A stretch of DNA of 64,000 nt from Macrostomum hystrix (Eukaryota > Animalia > Platyhelminthes), in assembly GCA_950097015.1 (NCBI GenBank), contig CATNEN010000033.1, forward strand, positions 3,844,001-3,908,000, given 5' to 3'. Positions within the stretch are counted from its first letter, which is position 1, and each line of letters begins with the position of its first letter. The position numbers and the translations under genes are program-made. Under the pieces are notes generated by a model. That model searched no databases and was not told the origin of the DNA. It saw nothing but the letters and a program-made list of their open reading frames with translations. Positions 40,572 through 51,435 of the stretch are shown here, one piece after another.

Positions 40572-41128
40572 CTGCGGACTGGCCGCATACCCTGTTAAGG
40601 TCGAAGGGTGACACCCTTTCCTCAGAGCCGTAGCCAGAGGTGCCTGATCACGCACAGGTGCACGAAACGCTGCGGACTGGCCGCATACCCTGTTAAGGTC
40701 AAAGGGTGACACCCTCTCCTCAGAGCCGTAGCCAGAGGTACCTGATCACGCACAGGTGCACGAGAAACTGCGGACTGGCCGCATACCCTGTTAAGGTCAA
40801 AGGGTGGCACCCTTTCCTCAGAGCCGTAGCCAGAGGTACCTGATCACGCACAGGTGCACGAAGCTGCGGACTGGCCGCATACCCTGTTAAGGTCAGAGGG
40901 TGGCACCTTTTCCTCAGAGCCGTAGCCAGAGGTACCTGATCAAGCACAGGTGCACGAAACTGCGGACTGGCCGCATACCCTGTTAAGGTCAAAGTGTGAC
41001 ACCTTTCCCTCAGAGCCGTAGCCAGAGGTACCTGATCACGCACAGGTGCACGAAAACTGCGGACTGGCCGCATACCCTGTTAAGGTCAGAGGGTGACACC
41101 TTTCCCTCCAGCCGGGGCTAGAGGTACC
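40572..41128 (-). repeat. Six tandem ~97-bp monomers in the LINE 5' UTR
   Basis: Unit starts (CTGCGGACTGGCCGCATACC on +) at 40572, 40670, 40768, 40864, 40960 and 41057. Confidence 0.95.
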
Positions 41129-41397
41129 CAGTTTGGCCGGAGGCCCTGGATGGGTCATCCAGCGCTGTTGCCCATTCTGTCCGGCTGCCCTAGGGTCAGC
41201 CTTGAACACTCGCGGGACGTGTACCCATGGGTCAGCTGACGGTACAGCGTGGAGGGATTCCTGCACCCGAAGGCACAGGTCTCCTTCCTGCCAAGCCTGC
41301 TCAAAAAACGGCTGCAGGTGTGAGGCATCGCAGACCATAGCCCGTGGGCCTGGACTGACTCATACCTCACAGGCACTGTGTCCCGCCGGTGCGAGCG

Positions 41398-42461
41398 GGG
41401 ACAAATACTACAGGCAGATTGATGGATGCGCTATGGGCAGTCCTCTGGCTCCTACTCTTGCCAATCTCTGCATGGCTTACTGGGAAAAAGAGTGGATGGC
41501 CCTCCCGTGTGCTCCACATTTTTACAAACGTTATGTGGATGATACTTTTGCCATTTTCGACAATGAGGCCAAAAAGGAATCTAGTTCTTCAATACTATCT
41601 ATCAATGCTACCCATAAGAACATCAAGTTTACTTCTGAGGGTGGAGAAAAAAGACTTCCCTTTCTGGACATTGACGTCGATACGAGTAAAGGCTTGATTC
41701 AAACTAGCGTGTTTAGAAAAGCTAGCTTCACTGGTCTCATGCTAAGGTTTGATGCCCTCTGCCCTAGGCAATGGAAAGACGGTTTGGTGCGGTGCTTTCT
41801 CCAAAGAGCTTTTCTGATTTGCAGTTCCTGGAAGCTTTTTCATGATGAGCTGGAGCAGCTTACTCGGTTGTTCATGATGAATGGATACCCTCGTGGTCAT
41901 ATTTCCAACATCATTAATAGGTTTCTCTGTAAGAAGTTTTGTGGTCAAAACCATACTCAGAAGAAAGATCCCAATAATGATCGTAGCCCCGTGATTGTGG
42001 TTCCTTTTTTGGGCCTCTGCTCCATGGAGTTTGGGAAGAAAGTGGAAAAATTATTTAGAAGTCACATTGATTCCCAGCTCCGGGTTTTGTTCCGCACGGA
42101 AAAGATTGCTCAGTTTGTCTGCAGGCTGAAGTCCCATGTTCCTAGACCACTTGTTGCAGGTGTCGTGTATAAATTTCATTGTTCTGTGGATCAGAACATC
42201 TCCTACATAGGTAAAACTAAGCGACACTTGTACACAAGGGTTAGGGAGCATTGGATTAGAAATTCTGCCATCAATGAGCACCTTCTCTCGTGTAACTCCT
42301 GTTGCAATGAGAACTGTTGTGATATGTTTAAAGTGATTGATTCCTGTAGCCAAGAAAACAAATTGAATATTCTCGAGGCTATGTACATTAAGGCTCAGAA
42401 ACCATATTTGAACAGTCAGTTAGCCATGGGGGGTGCAAGCCGCCAACTCCATGTGTTTTAG
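41398..42461 (+). mobile_element. 5'-truncated Penelope-like element: RT C-terminal half plus GIY-YIG endonuclease
   Basis: DKYYRQIDGCAMGSPLAP, RYVDD, LPFLD; SYIGKT...R...EH...LEAMYI (GIY-YIG). A few upstream codons (FLFR) lie left of the LINE at ~34935-34946. Confidence 0.92.
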
Positions 42462-42612
42462 CTATGGTAGAAGCGTCGTTGAACTTTATTTGGTTGTTGT
42501 TTTTTTCTCTTGTTAACCGGACTGGACCGAAATTGATTCGCACTTTGGAATGTACAGTTTTCATTTCTTAAAAAAATATATAACTTGGTTTTGTGTGTTT
42601 AATTGATGTGTC

Positions 42613-42652
42613 TGCCCTGAAGATGACCGATTGTGGTCGAAATGCATTGGCA
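42613..42652 (+). ncRNA. Minimal type I hammerhead ribozyme in the Penelope 3' region
   Basis: Stem I UGCC/GGCA; core CUGAAGA plus U insertion; stem II GACC/GGUC; GAAA; palindromic stem III AUGCAU; predicted cleavage after U42648 (AUU). Confidence 0.85.
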
Positions 42653-43142
42653 AAATTCTAAGAAAATTTAAATGTTGATTCTGAGTTTTCTCTATTTAAT
42701 TGTTGTCAAGCGAGCTACTCTACCTGGAAACTGTATAGCACTCCAATAAGTAACAATCAACCTGGAGGCATATTTGCCCATACCATTGACCCCTAAACAC
42801 ACATGCATGCATATGCTTCAGACAATGTACCAAATCACTGCCTTGATTTTGTACATTGTGCGCCAATGCCTTGCCGATTGGTGTTCAAAGACCTAAATTG
42901 TTTCACAAACCCCTAAGCTTTCCCACCATTGTCAAGCCCCAAACAAATATCGCCATGACCAGGATTCGAACTCATAGACTGTATTGCGAGAGTTGCAAGT
43001 ACAAGTTAACATAATTATTAACCATTTTACTTGTAAAGAATGGGCATGGCATATGGCTTATGAATGGCTACAGTACGATAATTAAAAGCCGAACCAATAA
43101 CTAACCATTTCGCCATTTTACTGCTACGAACACCCTCAACAG

Positions 43143-43688
43143 GAAGAGGCCGGACCCAGCGAGGCTCGCGAGGTTCGTTTCGAATGGCAGCGCAAGTTTC
43201 AGGCGCCCCGCGAGTCCTACTGCAAGGGCAGCGAGGAGGTGCGCGACCAGCCCTTCGGCATCGAGGTGCGCAACGTGCGCTGCGTCAAGTGCCACAGCTG
43301 GGGCCACGTGAACACTGACCGGCTCTGCCCGCTATACGGCAAGTCCATCACCATGGAGCCGCAGCTGCCCGACTCCTGCCTTGGCGACGCCGGGCGGCAT
43401 ATGCGCGACGAGCAGCATCTGCGCTTCACTAGGCGCGCCGAGACCTCCGGCTACAACGAAGTCGTGGCCGCCGGTAGCAGCCGTAGCGCCAGCTCAGCCA
43501 ACGATGCCGAGGCTGAAGCCTTCCTGCGTTCACTGACACCTAGCCAGCGCGAGAAGCTGATGAAGAAGCTCGAAAAGCTGGAGGCGGCCAAGGACGGCAG
43601 GTCAGATAAAAAGAAGCATAAGAAGCACAAAAAAGAGAAGAAAGAGAAGAAGGAAAAAGATGGACGGCATCATGGAAAGGAGCGCTAG
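43143..43688 (+). CDS. CIR1: CIR1 coding exon 2
   Basis: Acceptor CAACAG|GAA is phase 0 and matches exon 1; RFEWQ...APRE...RDQPFGIEVRNVRCVKCHSWGHVNTDRLCPLYG is the CIR1 zinc-knuckle block, followed by a Lys-rich tail. Confidence 0.9.
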   Translation, partial: EEAGPSEAREVRFEWQRKFQAPRESYCKGSEEVRDQPFGIEVRNVRCVKCHSWGHVNTDRLCPLYGKSITMEPQLPDSCLGDAGRHMRDEQHLRFTRRAETSGYNEVVAAGSSRSASSANDAEAEAFLRSLTPSQREKLMKKLEKLEAAKDGRSDKKKHKKHKKEKKEKKEKDGRHHGKER

Positions 43689-46432
43689 TTAATTGCTTTT
43701 CCGCAACGATCATTACTAATTATAATACGCTCGTAACTGATTGTATGTGATTATGAACCTTGTTTCCTTGTGTGTGTACAAATGACTATACAAGTTTTGT
43801 CTTCGGAGAGAGCACAGGTTTTAAGTTTTAAATCATTTTCATCTATGTCTGTCTATGCATGTTTCGTCTTTTTGTACTAGTGAGCTAAAATTGTTAATCA
43901 CTCGTAGTATAATACGAAAGCAGATTTTTAACTCAGTTTCGCTTTGCATCCTACATCACTCTTGCTTTAAGGCTAAAAGTGTGTATGCTTTATAATTTGT
44001 ACTGGACATCCCTCTACCTTATGCCTCTAATCTTATTCGTCAGGTTTCATTGTGTAAATACAGTTTTCGGGAATATTAAAAAAAGCACTAATGGCTGATA
44101 CGGTTCACATTTGATTGACTTGTGCTAATATATGTCGATATCGTTATTTCACTTTGCTGCAGGAAACAGACTATTTTCTATTTTGGTTTCAACTTGGGGC
44201 TATTTCCCTGAAAATAACAAGCTTTTATTAGCTCACAAAAAGGTTCGACTTGATGTGTAATTGATGTGTTATGCGTAAATGTAAATGATGTGTACAGTTT
44301 AAGGTAATTTTTAAGTTACTCTGATCTTGAAACACGGATAAGTAGATGCAATTATAGTGCAATTATGCCTAGTATTATTCATCGGATCAACAAAAATTGT
44401 TGCAATAATTATAATTTTACTTACAGTTGCATCTAGACTTCAGTAGTTGCTTCTAAAAAGGAAACTGACGTCACAGTTTATTGTTTTCTACGAAACTATA
44501 TTTCTAAAGATTTTAAGACATGTGTTTATGAAGTTAATAAAAAAATTTCAATATATAAAATGGTAACATAATATGACAATTGAATAAAAACTTTTATTTG
44601 TTTTTCTCCATGTATATTTTTCAAACCAGTGTCTTTCTTGGAAATCGCGTGGTTTCCAAGTCACTTTCTGTGACAATTGGCCCTGAACTTCATATATATT
44701 CGCCTAAGGATTCGCATCATAGCTTCACGTGTGAATTTGTGCAGTCATATGGTCTCTATCTACTGTATTAGAATACTAGGTGTGCATGTCAAATAGAACA
44801 TATTTATTTTGTTCTGTTTAACAATGTGCAATGCTTGATATTTTATTTTGACTGTTTATTTTTATTCACTGGGTCTGATTCTGATCAAATCTGGTATCAA
44901 AGCTATATCCGTCGAAATAAACTACACGAATCAATATTATAGAACTAAATGAGAAGGCTATTGCATGCTACTCTAGTTTATTTTAATAGTAATATGTCCT
45001 TAGAGAAATATTTTAGAATGGTGTCAAAATTTAGTTTAGACCTTAAGTTAGCTAACATGTTACTTTTAGTACATAGCTTTTCATATTATAAAAGTTTACA
45101 CAGTTTTATTTAAATAGATATTAAAATATCCATGATCAAATTCTTCCATGAGATTTAGCCAAAATGTTACACTTTTAATTAGTCTAATTATTTTTCTATG
45201 GTAACCAGTAGTCTTGGTCATAATCATTTTGGCCATTACCATTTTTGCCCAAAACCATATTGATTTTTAAATCGTTTGGCCCACTTTTTTAATAATTATA
45301 TAATATGTTATCTAAACTTAGGAGTTTTTTCTAGTTAATATTTATTTGTAAACTTGTCAAATATTTGTCAAAATGCAATGAATAATTGTTTTTTGATTAA
45401 TAGCCAATTGTGGACTTATATTGTATTCTAATGACCAACTTCTTTAAAATGTTGTTAAGCCTTGACAACTTAGAAATAACATTGTATACTGTGTATTGTA
45501 AACTATGTGCAGTCTTGAATGTTAAAAAAATTTATTTGGTGTTAATTGTATTAGTAATAAAATGAATGCACTGATTAATAATAATAATGTAATGAACGTT
45601 CTTAAATGTTATGAATATTATTTTTATGACTACAATAAAATGCTCTATAATTTTTTCAGTATTATCTAGCTTTTTGCTTTAAATTTAAGCATCAATAAGT
45701 TACTATTAACATTTTGATACAACTTTGTAAAGTTAACAAAGTTCTAGTTTTTTCATTTTTATTTACTATTGAAATATAACTTCATTAGCTAGCATATGTC
45801 CTAATAGGATTTAATATAGCAGAAATAGCTTTGTACATGTGTATGTGAAAACGTGCCACAATTTATTAAATTGTTGAGTCTTAGTTAATTAAGTCAAGCA
45901 CCAGCTTTGTGAGCTGCCTGAGTACACCCCTTAGGCTAGTGGGGTTTGGAAGCAACCACATTGGTGTTAGCTGGCTGCATCTAGATCTAGCTGTCTCACA
46001 GCTCCCTCCAGTTCCAAACTATGCACTAAAGCATGTTGGCTAGCACTGGCAATGCACCAGCAACTCAGCAGAGCACTGGGTTGCAGGCAAGGGTCGTTTC
46101 AGCAGGCAAAGTAGGAGTTCGATGAGAAACAGGTTTCTGTTGCCAGTCGGCACACTGGGCTGTGGGAACTCCAGGGATGCAGTGGGGCGTTTTCTATCGA
46201 CCAGCTCGGCCGCATGACAATTTGCAATAGAGAAGCCAGCTTAAACCTCAGTGTTTGATATTGTTTGATATGCTATGAGGGTCTGTCCCTTTATGTATTT
46301 TTGTTCTATTCACCAATCTGGCTTGAATGCCATGCCATCAAGAAAATGCATTGGTAATAAATTTAGTAATGACTTGCCTCAATGCCTATGAAATGCTTTA
46401 TTAAACTGCACATTCTAGGGGAAGCAGAATTC

Positions 46433-49400
46433 ATGAGAAAAAAATTGCACTTTCAGGCGCAAGAGGCCGATGTCAGGCTACAATTGGAGACAATTTTACT
46501 GCAGGGCACTTTAAGCCACCTTCGCTCATTGAAGAAAGGAAGCTCGACCTCACTAAGCGATCTCGAGTACCTTGTCTTGGAGCCACTTTATAGCGATGGT
46601 GGGTCAGTTATGTTCTCAGGTGTTAGTTTTCAATCCAGCCGACTCACCAGACTTCTTATCTGTACATTTACGTTTCATTCGCAGAGGCTAGCAATGCTTC
46701 AACGGGTCTGGTGAAGTCCAGAAAACGCAAAAGGGCCACTGCTACTTGTGGAGAGGAAGACAATGAAGACGTGAGCGCTGAGGTTAGTTGCACCTCTTCA
46801 GGCTCAATTATCGTGTAATATTCGATATTGCTGAATGTTTAAGAGTCCACAAGGCATAATAATAATAATAATTGCAGGAGGGCTGCGGGAAATGGCAATC
46901 ATTTAGTGACACTAGACCCGCAGCCAGCGAGGAGGCAATTCTACCCATTTCGCTGATTCCTGAGCACACACGCACTCAGATACTGTACGCAGGCACACGC
47001 CCTCACACAGGTGTGTACATCTGCCCCAACTTTCTCATCGTCAGACAGTGTACATTTCACTGTGCCTTGAGTATTGGCCCTCAAGGGCGTAAATTGCACG
47101 ACAAGACCCCAAGCCTTCTCTCCGCGGCTGCGCCCCAAATAAATGTGGCCTCGCCGTGGAATCGAACTTAGGGACAGTGGTGCGAGAGGCAAACGCGATA
47201 ATCGCTCTGCCACCGACTCCCTCCACAAGGCATTGTCGAAGTCCTTTGTTTATCCTTCGAATCTGTGCTGTGCTAGTCTGTTACATGGCGCCCAATTCAG
47301 TAGTTGCGGGCGGACCCGCCGAGTGCGAGAGGCAATTCTTCCTATTCCGCTGACTCCAGAACACAATGCACACGAAATCTGCTCTTGCTGCGGAATCGAA
47401 CTCGGGGACCTTAATCCGAGAGGCAGATTCGTTAGCCACTCTGCCACTCACTCGCCTTAGTGTCCCCATATAATTAATTGGGTAAACGACTGTGGTAACT
47501 ATAGCTGTTTTCTAGCTGAAAAGTACCATGTCATACACCTGCTGACATTCACAAAAGTTTAAATTGCTCGAGAATTCTAGCAGATATAAGAATTGGTGAA
47601 AAATTCTTCAATGTTCTCTTGCCTTAAGCACATTTGCTAAATCCAGAGAATCCCTATCAAAATTATTCCCCGCTGTCAGTCAGTCGATATCATCGAAAAC
47701 CTGCTAGCCGCCGCAGCGCGCCTCGTCGCCTTCCTGAATCCAGTCGAAGCGGAAACCATTCGCTCCGCCTGTGGCGTCAGCAGCCAGGCTGCCCTCCAGG
47801 AGCTGTTTAACGCCGGCGTCGACTGCGGCCCTGGCGCCGCTCTAGCCGAAGCTTGTCGACTTCGTCGAGTCCGTTTAGTGTCGCCCGGTGTCTCGCGGCA
47901 ACGCGCTGTCCGGTTGCTAGGCGGTTGCTACGCTGTCCCAGCCGGGAGTGGATTCGCCATGTCGCAATTGTGCTCAGCAGAACCACTGCTGCATCAGCTG
48001 TGCGCATCGGACGGGCCCTACGACGTCCTGGTGATTGACCCGCCCTGGCCGAATGCCTCAGCTCGTAGGCGAGGCGTCTACGCCTCATCCGAGTCCATTG
48101 GAGTAGAACTTCTGACCGGGCTCCCCGTGCCGCAGCTGTTGCGGCGTAGGACCGCCGAATCGGCTAGCCAGCCAGCCGGCTGCCCTCTAGTACTGGTCTG
48201 GTGCACCAATTCAACAAAACATCAGCGATGCGTTCTTGAGGACCTGACAGCCGCCTGGGGCCTGCGCTGCGTTGGTCGCTGGCTGTGGGTCAAGGTGGGT
48301 CATGGAACTCATTGTAGGTCAAGGTGGGTCATGAAATATATTGTGGGTCAAGGTGGGTCATGAAACTTGTTGTGGGTCAAGGTGGGCCACGAAATGTATT
48401 GTGGGTCAAGGTGGGTCATGAAACTTTTTTTGGGTCAAGGTGGGTCATTAAACTTATTGTAGGTCAAGGTGGCGCAATCCAGTCGATTGTAGTTCAAGGT
48501 GGGTCTTGGAATTATATACGAGGTCAAGCTCGTTGGTCAAGATGAGTCATGAGCTTTACAATTTTGTCTCCCAATATGGGTCATGAACTTTATTATGGGG
48601 TGCTTTGGATCAAGAGATTTGTTTAGGGCTAAAGTGCATAGAAAGGCTTATCACAGTAATAGAACAATTTTTTCCTGTTTACTTTTTTTAAACAGCTAGA
48701 TATGCCAGCGGAGCTTATTGCAGTGCGGATGTGTCACCGTTTACTTTAGATGTCAAAGTAGGCAATAGTTTAGCTAAGAGTGCAGATTGGAGTTACTTAC
48801 TGTACTGTGTAGTCGCTTGCCAGAAGGTCGCGCACTTTTTTCAACAGTAACTTAAGTCACTGCTTAGAAATTTGTATTCACTTTGGCTCTACTAAGTTGA
48901 TACGATCTACAATGCTGCTGGGCTAATTTGTTGCAGCTGACGGCCACTGGGCAACCCCTGGTGCCGTTGAGAAGCAGGTTTCGGCGGCCCTACGAGCCAC
49001 TCTACGTCCTGGCTCCGTGTGGCCATGCCGCTTCATCCCTGCCCGCTGAGCTCACCGTCATGTCCGTGCCTTCTTGTCTGCACTCAAAGAAGCCTTGCTT
49101 GAAGCGTGAGTACAAACTGAAACTGAAAAGCGTGAGTTAATTGTCTTGCTATAATGACACAGATTGTACCGGTACAGTCAGGAATCGAACCCCCGACCTT
49201 CAAGTCGTGAGTCCGACGCTCTAAGCACAAAGCAACAACCCCTAAATTTGCCGAATACCCTATAGGATAACGTTTTCCCCTATACAGCGATTCGAACTTC
49301 CGAGTGTTTATCAACAGGTAGGATTGTACACCTGATGGAATGGAATGGGAGTGTTTATCAACAGGTAGGATTGTACACCTGATGGAATGGAATGTGAGTG

Positions 49401-50068
49401 TTTATCAACAGGTAGGATTGTACACCTGATGGAATGGAATGTGAGTGTTTATCAACAGGTAGGATTGTACACCTGATGGAATGGAATGTGAGTGTTTATC
49501 AACAGGTAGGATTGTACACCTGATGGAATGGGGGTAATTATCAGCAGGTGAGCATTGTACACCTGATTGAATGGGGATAATTATCAGCAGGTGAGCATTG
49601 TACACCGGGTAGAAACTGAATGGAGGATTATTGGCTGCAATCGTGGGGATTTAGAAAAGCGTTCTATTTCGAACCTGAGTACGTTTCTTCGTACGTTCGA
49701 GACTGTACTATTGGATTAGCGGCAAAGCAGCGCAAACATGAACATTCCGCCCGCAGCCCTGCTGGAAGCAATTTTCCGCGCCGACAATTACCGCTGTCTG
49801 GAGCTATTTGCCAGAAACCTCACCCCCGGGTGGAGCAGCTGGGGAAACGAGGTGAATCAGTCGATATTTTATTTTTTTTCTTCGTCTAGAAATGCTTATT
49901 GAGCAGCATGATTGGAATAAGACTGTGTTTATTGGGCTCAGAAATAGCTTGTAACACCGGTCACTACTCTAGGTACTGAAGCACCAACATTTTGACTTTC
50001 AACCGGCCAGCCGTGTCTCTGATTTATCGAACCAGGAAGTTGAAAATCTGGACGAGCAGTTCACTTGA
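46433..50068 (+). CDS. METTL4: METTL4 (MT-A70 family m6A methyltransferase), multi-exon
   Basis: Confident exons: ~47680-48294 (DVLVIDPPW, LVLVWCTN, WLWVK), 48937-49105 (RRPYE, SVPSCLHSKKP), 49757-49851 (LELFARNLTPGWSSWGNE) and 49973-50068 (VLKHQHF...stop), all phase-compatible. Upstream exons 46433/46457-46619 and 46685-46782 are tentative. Confidence 0.88.
46870..47458 (-). mobile_element. Dimeric tRNA-derived SINE, family 1 (longest copy), in a putative METTL4 intron
   Basis: Two tRNA-like heads (~47455-47380 and ~47225-47145), each with TGGCAGAG and GTTCGATTCC; (ATT)n tail near 46860-46872. Confidence 0.8.
48283..48545 (+). repeat. 29-bp tandem repeat of the METTL4 exon/intron junction
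   Basis: CAAGGTGG recurs at 48291, 48320, 48349, 48378, 48407, 48436, 48465 and ~48495. Confidence 0.92.
49134..49241 (-). mobile_element. SINE family 2, 3'-truncated copy
   Basis: AGAGCGTCGGACT...GGTTCGATTCC...AGCAAGACAATTAACTC, homologous to 22455-22673. Confidence 0.78.
49303..49605. repeat. 47-bp minisatellite in a METTL4 intron
   Basis: TTTATCAACAGGTAGGATTGTACACCTGATGGAATGGAATGTGAGTG, about 6 copies. Confidence 0.92.
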
Positions 50069-50547
50069 AGCGGCTGCGTTAGCTTCTGTGACCTTGTTTC
50101 TGTTTGCTTATTGACAAAGCATTTCTGTTTATCTCTTCCTTCTAATGTTTATCTACTTAGCTTTTAAATTTGTATAAATAAAAAGTTGCACACTGTGTAT
50201 TTTTGCTCGCCGTTGGTTTTATAAAGCATTTCTTGTTAGTTTTTTTGCCCTCCTTATAATAAATATTTGATGTGAGCACTAGAGACTCGGCAATCTGAGT
50301 ATTGTACACAAGATAACAATATAATAAGGTAGATTTTGAACATTTGAGCAGGTAGGTGGCAGATACGGGGAATGTACACTTGGTAACATCAAATTAGATT
50401 TAAACAGGTGTACAATAGATAACACCAAGGTATATTTTGAGCAGGTCAGGTGGCCGATGAGGGAATGTACAATAGATAACATCAAGGTAGATGATGAGCA
50501 GGAGAGTTTCAAGACATCTTCCGTGTTTTATCTTCCATGCTGGACAG

Positions 50548-50805
50548 GAGCCACAGCAGCAGCAGCGGAAGCCTGGCGCAGGCCTCGCTGGTCTGAAGAC
50601 CTCGCCGATGTTCCGGGCGTTGAACTACGAGCTGTACGCCAAGCCCAACCGCACCGTGATGCTGATTGGAACGGCCACCCTGACCTGCTGTGCCGCATTC
50701 CTAGCCTACATGAATGTGCGCAATGAGAATGCCGCGGCCGCTGCCACCGAGTCCAACCACGGCCAGCTGGCGGCCCCAGCAAGGCCGCGGTCCAAGTGGG
50801 ACTGA
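50548..50805 (+). CDS. SMIM8: Small integral membrane protein 8 (start codon unresolved)
   Basis: GLAGLKTSPMFRALNYELYAKPNRTVMLIG...AFLAYM...RSKWD* matches the SMIM8 pattern (FRAVNPEL..KPN...SKWD); candidate acceptor GGACAG|GAG at 50547/50548. Confidence 0.85.
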   Translation, partial: EPQQQQRKPGAGLAGLKTSPMFRALNYELYAKPNRTVMLIGTATLTCCAAFLAYMNVRNENAAAAATESNHGQLAAPARPRSKWD

Positions 50806-51435
50806 TCCCTGCCAATCCCGGATCATTGTGCTAGATGTATTGTTTGAGGTTTTTTAGCACCGTGTAATAAAGTGAACTCTGTAAATAAACAGCTGAGGTT
50901 AGCAAAGCTTCTGCTGTAGGCCTTTTGCATCCTTGCTTTTTTTAATTACGCTTGTAGTTATTTTTGAAACTAGCTGTATACAGCGTTTTAGCTAAGTGAT
51001 AGCTAATTTAATTGGGGGTACGGTAATTTCGGCGCTTGCGTCCTTACCTAGGGTGCATTGTGTGTCTCATCCGTCTAATAGACTACAGAAATAGAATCAG
51101 GATAGACTCAGGCTAGCTTATAGCTTATATGATGTATGCTACTATTTTTGACAGTTTTCATTCCGGTCGGGCAGATTCCATCATCTACAAATTGGTAATT
51201 GTAAGACCTGTAGGACCCCACGGCTCAGTCGATGTGGCATTGCCAACAGTTTTGACGCTTCCGACTCCTTTGTGACTTTGCCATCACCCAGACTCCAAAA
51301 CTACTGATCCTCTCTACCTGTACTGAGAACCGCTCTTACGCTTCCTCCTTGCGAGTTGCGCCGTCTTTTTTAGTCTATTTTGGGGTCCCACTTTGTGCGG
51401 CCTGGTGTGTCCTTCACTTGCCGTCTGCAGTTTAA

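Larger units (their letters stand above)
34956..41397 (-). mobile_element. Full-length non-LTR retrotransposon (LOA/R1-like, APE-RT-RNase H-CCHC)
   Basis: 12-bp TSD GGGACAAATACT (34944-34955 and 41398-41409); 3' tail AAGTCAAGTAAGTCA; ORF1, ORF2 and a repeat-containing 5' UTR. Confidence 0.93.

Noticed and set aside
40572-41128. Hammerhead- or pistol-like reading of the 97-bp monomers (CTGATCA...GAAA on +; CTGAGGA-hairpin and GCGTGATCAGGT on -)
   Set aside because: On + the core has C8 instead of G8 and stem I cannot form; on - GAAA is replaced by YGAC, and the pistol P1/P2 pairings do not close.
41130-41397. HDV-like ribozyme at the extreme LINE 5' end
   Set aside because: A candidate P1 (GCGGGAC/GUCCCGC) exists, but I could not place P3/L3, P1.1 or the catalytic C-containing J4/2; a descriptor-based search would be needed.
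30972-43688. CWC25 assignment
   Set aside because: CWC25 shares the Cir_N domain, but the RDQPFGI.VRNVRC.KC..WGH.NTDR block is characteristic of CIR1.
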